18,497 bases of DNA from Candidatus Heimdallarchaeota archaeon (lineage in GTDB: Archaea > Asgardarchaeota > Heimdallarchaeia > JABLTI01): contig DXJV01000011.1 in assembly GCA_019056785.1 (NCBI GenBank), positions 1 through 18,497 of the forward strand, in the 5' to 3' direction. Below the pieces are notes generated by a model. The model worked only from the letters and a program-made list of their open reading frames with translations, did no database searches and was not told the origin of the DNA. Below are positions 15,037 through 18,497 of this stretch, one piece after another; position 1 is the stretch's first letter, and every line of letters starts with the position of its first letter. The translations under genes and the position numbers were made by a program.

Positions 15037-15912
15037 ATGAGTAAAGGATTTCGAAGAATTGCGTATTTGCGTTTTGGTAAGATGATGGAGCCGCTCTTAC
15101 CTCGTTTCAGTGAATTGGGGAAAACGTTGAGAAAAGCAGGGATGGAAGTCAGCCTTCGAATGTATCTCTCTACAAGTTTTCTCACAATTATAATCTCTTT
15201 AATTTTGGCTTTCCCGGCAACATTGGGTATTCTATATGCCTTCAATGGCGCTTTGACCGGAACCGTTTGGTTCAGCGCAACAATCATCGGTTTATTGGTC
15301 CCATTTGTCGTTGCTATGGGATTTCTAGTCTATCCACGATATGTTGCCAGTAACCGTAAACGTGCCCTTGAATCCTCGCTGCCGACAGCAAGCTCGTTCC
15401 TAGCCGCAATGGCTTCCGCTGGCGTGGCACCAGATAAGGCGTTTCTAGCACTCGCCAATGAAAATATTCAATTGGAGATTGCCAAAGAAGCCGAGAAAAT
15501 TTCTCGAAATATCGAAATCCTAGGATATGACCTACTGACTGCAATAGAAATTGCTGCAGAGAACTCACCATCAAAAGTTTACTCAGCCTTTCTCGAGGGA
15601 TTAATTTCAGTAATCAATTCCGGTGGAGACCTGACAAGCTATCTCACAAATGAAACCAAGTCTTTGATGCGCGATAAAATTAGAGAAGAAAAAGAGTTCA
15701 TTGAAGGCCTTGGCGTAATAGCAGAGCTTTTCCTCGTTATCGGTGTTGTGTCACCTATCTTCTTCATCATAATGCTCGCAGTCTTAGCGATAATGTCTAC
15801 CGATGCAAGTAATCAAGGAACAATCCTGATGACTCTCTTAACGTATGTCCTTATACCAATCGGAATGTCAATTATTATTATTCTCATAGATGGAATGCAA
15901 CCATCAGAATAA
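15037..15912 (+). CDS. Type II secretion F / TadC-like membrane platform protein
   Basis: LRKAGM, YP...RKRALESSLP...MASAG, GYDLLTAI, SPS...FLEG...SGGDL motifs and about four TM segments. Confidence 0.92.
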   Translation: MSKGFRRIAYLRFGKMMEPLLPRFSELGKTLRKAGMEVSLRMYLSTSFLTIIISLILAFPATLGILYAFNGALTGTVWFSATIIGLLVPFVVAMGFLVYPRYVASNRKRALESSLPTASSFLAAMASAGVAPDKAFLALANENIQLEIAKEAEKISRNIEILGYDLLTAIEIAAENSPSKVYSAFLEGLISVINSGGDLTSYLTNETKSLMRDKIREEKEFIEGLGVIAELFLVIGVVSPIFFIIMLAVLAIMSTDASNQGTILMTLLTYVLIPIGMSIIIILIDGMQPSE

Positions 15913-15918
15913 AATAAG

Positions 15919-15943
15919 AAAAAAAAGGTTTGGCCTTTTTTTT
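15919..15943. terminator. Bidirectional terminator hairpin
   Basis: AAAAAAAAGG-TTTGG-CCTTTTTTTT between convergent genes. Confidence 0.65.
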
Positions 15944-16331
15944 AATTCTTTTTTATACTGGCCATGAATTTTTCTTTGTTAACAATGAAACGTTCGTGAG
16001 TTCCTTCTCCAATTTTCTCGTCACCATGAAAAGCTGCAACATCAAAAACAAGCCGGCGACGATCCCTCTCCTTTAACTTTGCAACAATTCGTACCGTTTC
16101 TCCCTTTGGTGTAGCTTTTAAATGACGAATGTTAACTAAAATCCCAACAGTGATCCATCCTTCCGGAAGATAGTCTTGAACCGCAAGCAATGCTGTCTGT
16201 TCCATCATAAGAATCATCGAGGGTGTCGATAACACTTCAACTTTCCCGCTTCCAAGAAAATCGGCTGCATGTTTTGCTTCAACGAGATATTCCCGCGTCT
16301 TTTCAAGAGTCTCAGGTATTTCAAATTCCAT
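15942..16331 (-). CDS. Hot-dog fold thioesterase, fluoroacetyl-CoA thioesterase (FlK)-like
   Basis: GSG..VLSTPSMILMME, TVG..VNIRHLKATP and GEGTHERFIV, with the FlK-type Thr/Glu/His residues present. Confidence 0.9.
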   Translation of the reverse strand: MEFEIPETLEKTREYLVEAKHAADFLGSGKVEVLSTPSMILMMEQTALLAVQDYLPEGWITVGILVNIRHLKATPKGETVRIVAKLKERDRRRLVFDVAAFHGDEKIGEGTHERFIVNKEKFMASIKKN

Positions 16332-16442
16332 GCTGTTTTCACCGCATGGAAAGCACTTGTTTTCCCTTAAAAAAGTTACAAAAAGTCTTGTGAAAAATAG
16401 AAAATGATTAAGGGGAAAAATAACCCCTAAGCTATTCCTCTC

Positions 16443-16712
16443 TTATTCTGTTTGAAGTGCTCTAGTCTCTTTTATGGCCAATTTTCGCAAACAGGTAGTA
16501 CAAAGATAATTGCCATATGGTCGGTTGGTTCGCACAGAACTCTTTGCTCGTTTGAAATTCTCTCGGGCTAAATTTCGTTTGGCACTATTTATCGGCTTTT
16601 TACAGACTGCACACTTTGCTTTCCCAATTTTATTTGGAATCTTATGCTGTTTGGATTTTTGTTTTGGCGGTTTTCTCCATACCTTCTTTTGGAAACGTTG
16701 ACTAGGCTTCAT
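16443..16712 (-). CDS. rpl34e: 50S ribosomal protein L34e
   Basis: Basic 89-aa protein with AKCAVCKKP...KS..RTNRPYGNYLCTTCLR, the eL34 zinc-binding pattern. Confidence 0.88.
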   Translation of the reverse strand: MKPSQRFQKKVWRKPPKQKSKQHKIPNKIGKAKCAVCKKPINSAKRNLARENFKRAKSSVRTNRPYGNYLCTTCLRKLAIKETRALQTE

Positions 16713-17030
16713 TTATTTCACAGCTCGAATTATTTTAACTAATTAATGCGCATTTTCTTCTATTTTTGAATGTTGTGTTTAGGCTGAAGTTAAAAGTTTT
16801 TCTTTCAGCATAATTTTTTCAAGTCGGTATCTTAGATTTATTAAACATATTTTTTAAAAACCTTTACTACATTTTTAGAGCATTATAGTTATAATATGCG
16901 TTTGAATATTTTGTCGACTTCCCCCCTACTATCATTAACTTTTTTTATCCTAAAAATAATTAAAATGTTCACAATAATTTTAAGTTTTGACTCGTATCTT
17001 TTTAATCAAATATCTTAGGGATTGCGGGTT

Positions 17031-18497
17031 ATGAGTCGTTCAAACGTGAGAAAGGGCTCCAATTGGATTCTACTGAAGATATTCATAAAGTCAAACAACC
17101 TGAAGTTTATCTTTCTCATTTTAAACACGATTTTTATTTTCTTAATTTTGAATGCTTTTTTCATACTTTGGTATTCAAAACAAAATTCCATGCTTCAGAA
17201 GTATTTTTCTAACCAAAAGGATTGGAATGATGATTTAGATATTAATGCTTATTACAGCACCATATCAAGTAATTTTACTCAAGGGTTTGAGCACGATTAT
17301 CTTGAAAAAGTCACTTCAGAATTGACTGATACTTTAAACTATTTTATCCCATCATTGGCGTCAAATTGCACCTCGTTATTTAGTGTGGAATTTTTACACC
17401 GCAATCAAAGCCTTCTACAAAGGTTTCAGGTGAATGGATACCTTGCTTCTCTAAGCGAGGTTTTCTATGAGAGTTTAATTGAAGGAAGGTTACCCAATAA
17501 TTCTACAGAGCTTTTGTATTATCAAATCTCCACCTTAAATCCTACTTACCATATAAATGATACTCTCTCTTTACAAAGTGACAGCTCTCAAAATGCTTTT
17601 ACAATGAATTTTACTATTGTTGGAATTCTTTCTAATCTTGAAAGGAGTTTCCGTGAAAACAGCTTGTCAACCGATGTTCTAAATTGGACTTCGAATATTA
17701 AATACTGGCGGTATAAATACACCCCTCAAGAAAGGTTCTTTACCACAAGTTCATTTCTTGTAGACATTGCAAATTCTTTTCCTTTTTTGTCCACCGGAAG
17801 AGCGGTAATCATTGATTTTGATTATAATACCAAAGCTATCAGGGCTGTGAAAATAAGTAAATGCCTCTCCTACTTTCAAGAACACTTGTTCACTTTCCAG
17901 GGACTCCTTTCTGAACCTCGAGAAACTTTTACCATTGGTTTGGATCTATATGAGTCTCTAAGAACCTTTCAAAGCAATTGGCGTTCGAAAACCATTATTG
18001 TCCTGGCAGCAATTTTTCCCTTAAGCCTTTTACTAATCTTTGTTTGCTATGAAGGTTTCAATTACCATCAAAAAGAATATCTCGCTTCTCTGAGTTTATT
18101 GCAAACCCTTGGAGTAAATAAGAAAAGACTTTCTTGGTTAGTGTTTATTGAAGTTATTGGGATTCTGTTTTTCAGTTCAATTGTTGGAAGTTTTTGCAGT
18201 TTATTAATAAGCTTAATTGTCTCGCTTTCTGATCCTAATGGCTACCAAGATGCCTTTTCTTTTCTTACTGCTCCTCTCTTTTTATTCGTCATGTTTTCAT
18301 TTTTAATTCTATACTTCTTACTAGGTCTAATAATCGAGTTAAGAAAAGTTAGAACTCTTCCTGCTATTAAATCACTTTCTTTGGTTAATTATCAGAAAAA
18401 TCGATTTCAACAACTCTTTTCAAAAGTGGAATTACTATTAAGCTTTCCCGGTATAATCTTAACGAGCTTGGGAATTTTCATTCTAAAATTCACAGCA
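17031..18497 (+). CDS. FtsX/MacB-like ABC transporter permease (3'-truncated by window)
   Basis: Open from ATG 17031 to the window end (489 codons, not in the ORF track). It has an N-terminal TM, an extracellular domain with IEGRLPNNSTE and FTIVGIL plus many N-x-S/T sequons, then TMs with LLQTLGVNKKRL...FIE. Confidence 0.85.
   Translation, partial: MSRSNVRKGSNWILLKIFIKSNNLKFIFLILNTIFIFLILNAFFILWYSKQNSMLQKYFSNQKDWNDDLDINAYYSTISSNFTQGFEHDYLEKVTSELTDTLNYFIPSLASNCTSLFSVEFLHRNQSLLQRFQVNGYLASLSEVFYESLIEGRLPNNSTELLYYQISTLNPTYHINDTLSLQSDSSQNAFTMNFTIVGILSNLERSFRENSLSTDVLNWTSNIKYWRYKYTPQERFFTTSSFLVDIANSFPFLSTGRAVIIDFDYNTKAIRAVKISKCLSYFQEHLFTFQGLLSEPRETFTIGLDLYESLRTFQSNWRSKTIIVLAAIFPLSLLLIFVCYEGFNYHQKEYLASLSLLQTLGVNKKRLSWLVFIEVIGILFFSSIVGSFCSLLISLIVSLSDPNGYQDAFSFLTAPLFLFVMFSFLILYFLLGLIIELRKVRTLPAIKSLSLVNYQKNRFQQLFSKVELLLSFPGIILTSLGIFILKFTA

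Noticed and set aside
16783-16809. Hairpin GCTGAA...TTCAGC upstream of rpl34e
   Set aside because: A single 6-bp stem with no supporting boxes or context.
1-18497. CRISPR arrays, transposases/integrases, rRNA or tRNA genes
   Set aside because: None seen: no regularly spaced repeats or recognisable motifs.

Overview
Archaeal chromosomal window, most likely from an Asgard archaeon (inferred from eL15/eL34, RNase P proteins, BRE/TATA promoters, an Arf-family GTPase with a longin-like tail and an FtsX-type permease). The left part is the start of the conserved rpl15e-DUF54-Rpp30-Pop5 cluster, with Rpp30 and Pop5 read as one fused ORF, followed by a histidine phosphatase. About 2950-8570 is a markedly AT-rich signalling island. 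It holds a remnant of a DHp-like gene, a small protein with three CxxCH motifs, an Arf-like GTPase-longin fusion, a PAS/kinase pseudogene, a pseudo-receiver/pseudo-kinase, one intact CheY-like receiver and a pseudo-REC-3xPAS-DHp-like protein. No intact histidine kinase is present. Just right of the island is an unannotated box C/D guide sRNA (minus strand) whose guides match the 23S rRNA P-loop (G2251) and probably helix 89. The rest is scpB, a tandem PRC-barrel protein, sucCD, a type IV pilus-like locus, an FlK-like thioesterase, a stand-alone rpl34e and a 3'-truncated FtsX-like permease. All calls come from reading motifs by eye; no database searches were run.
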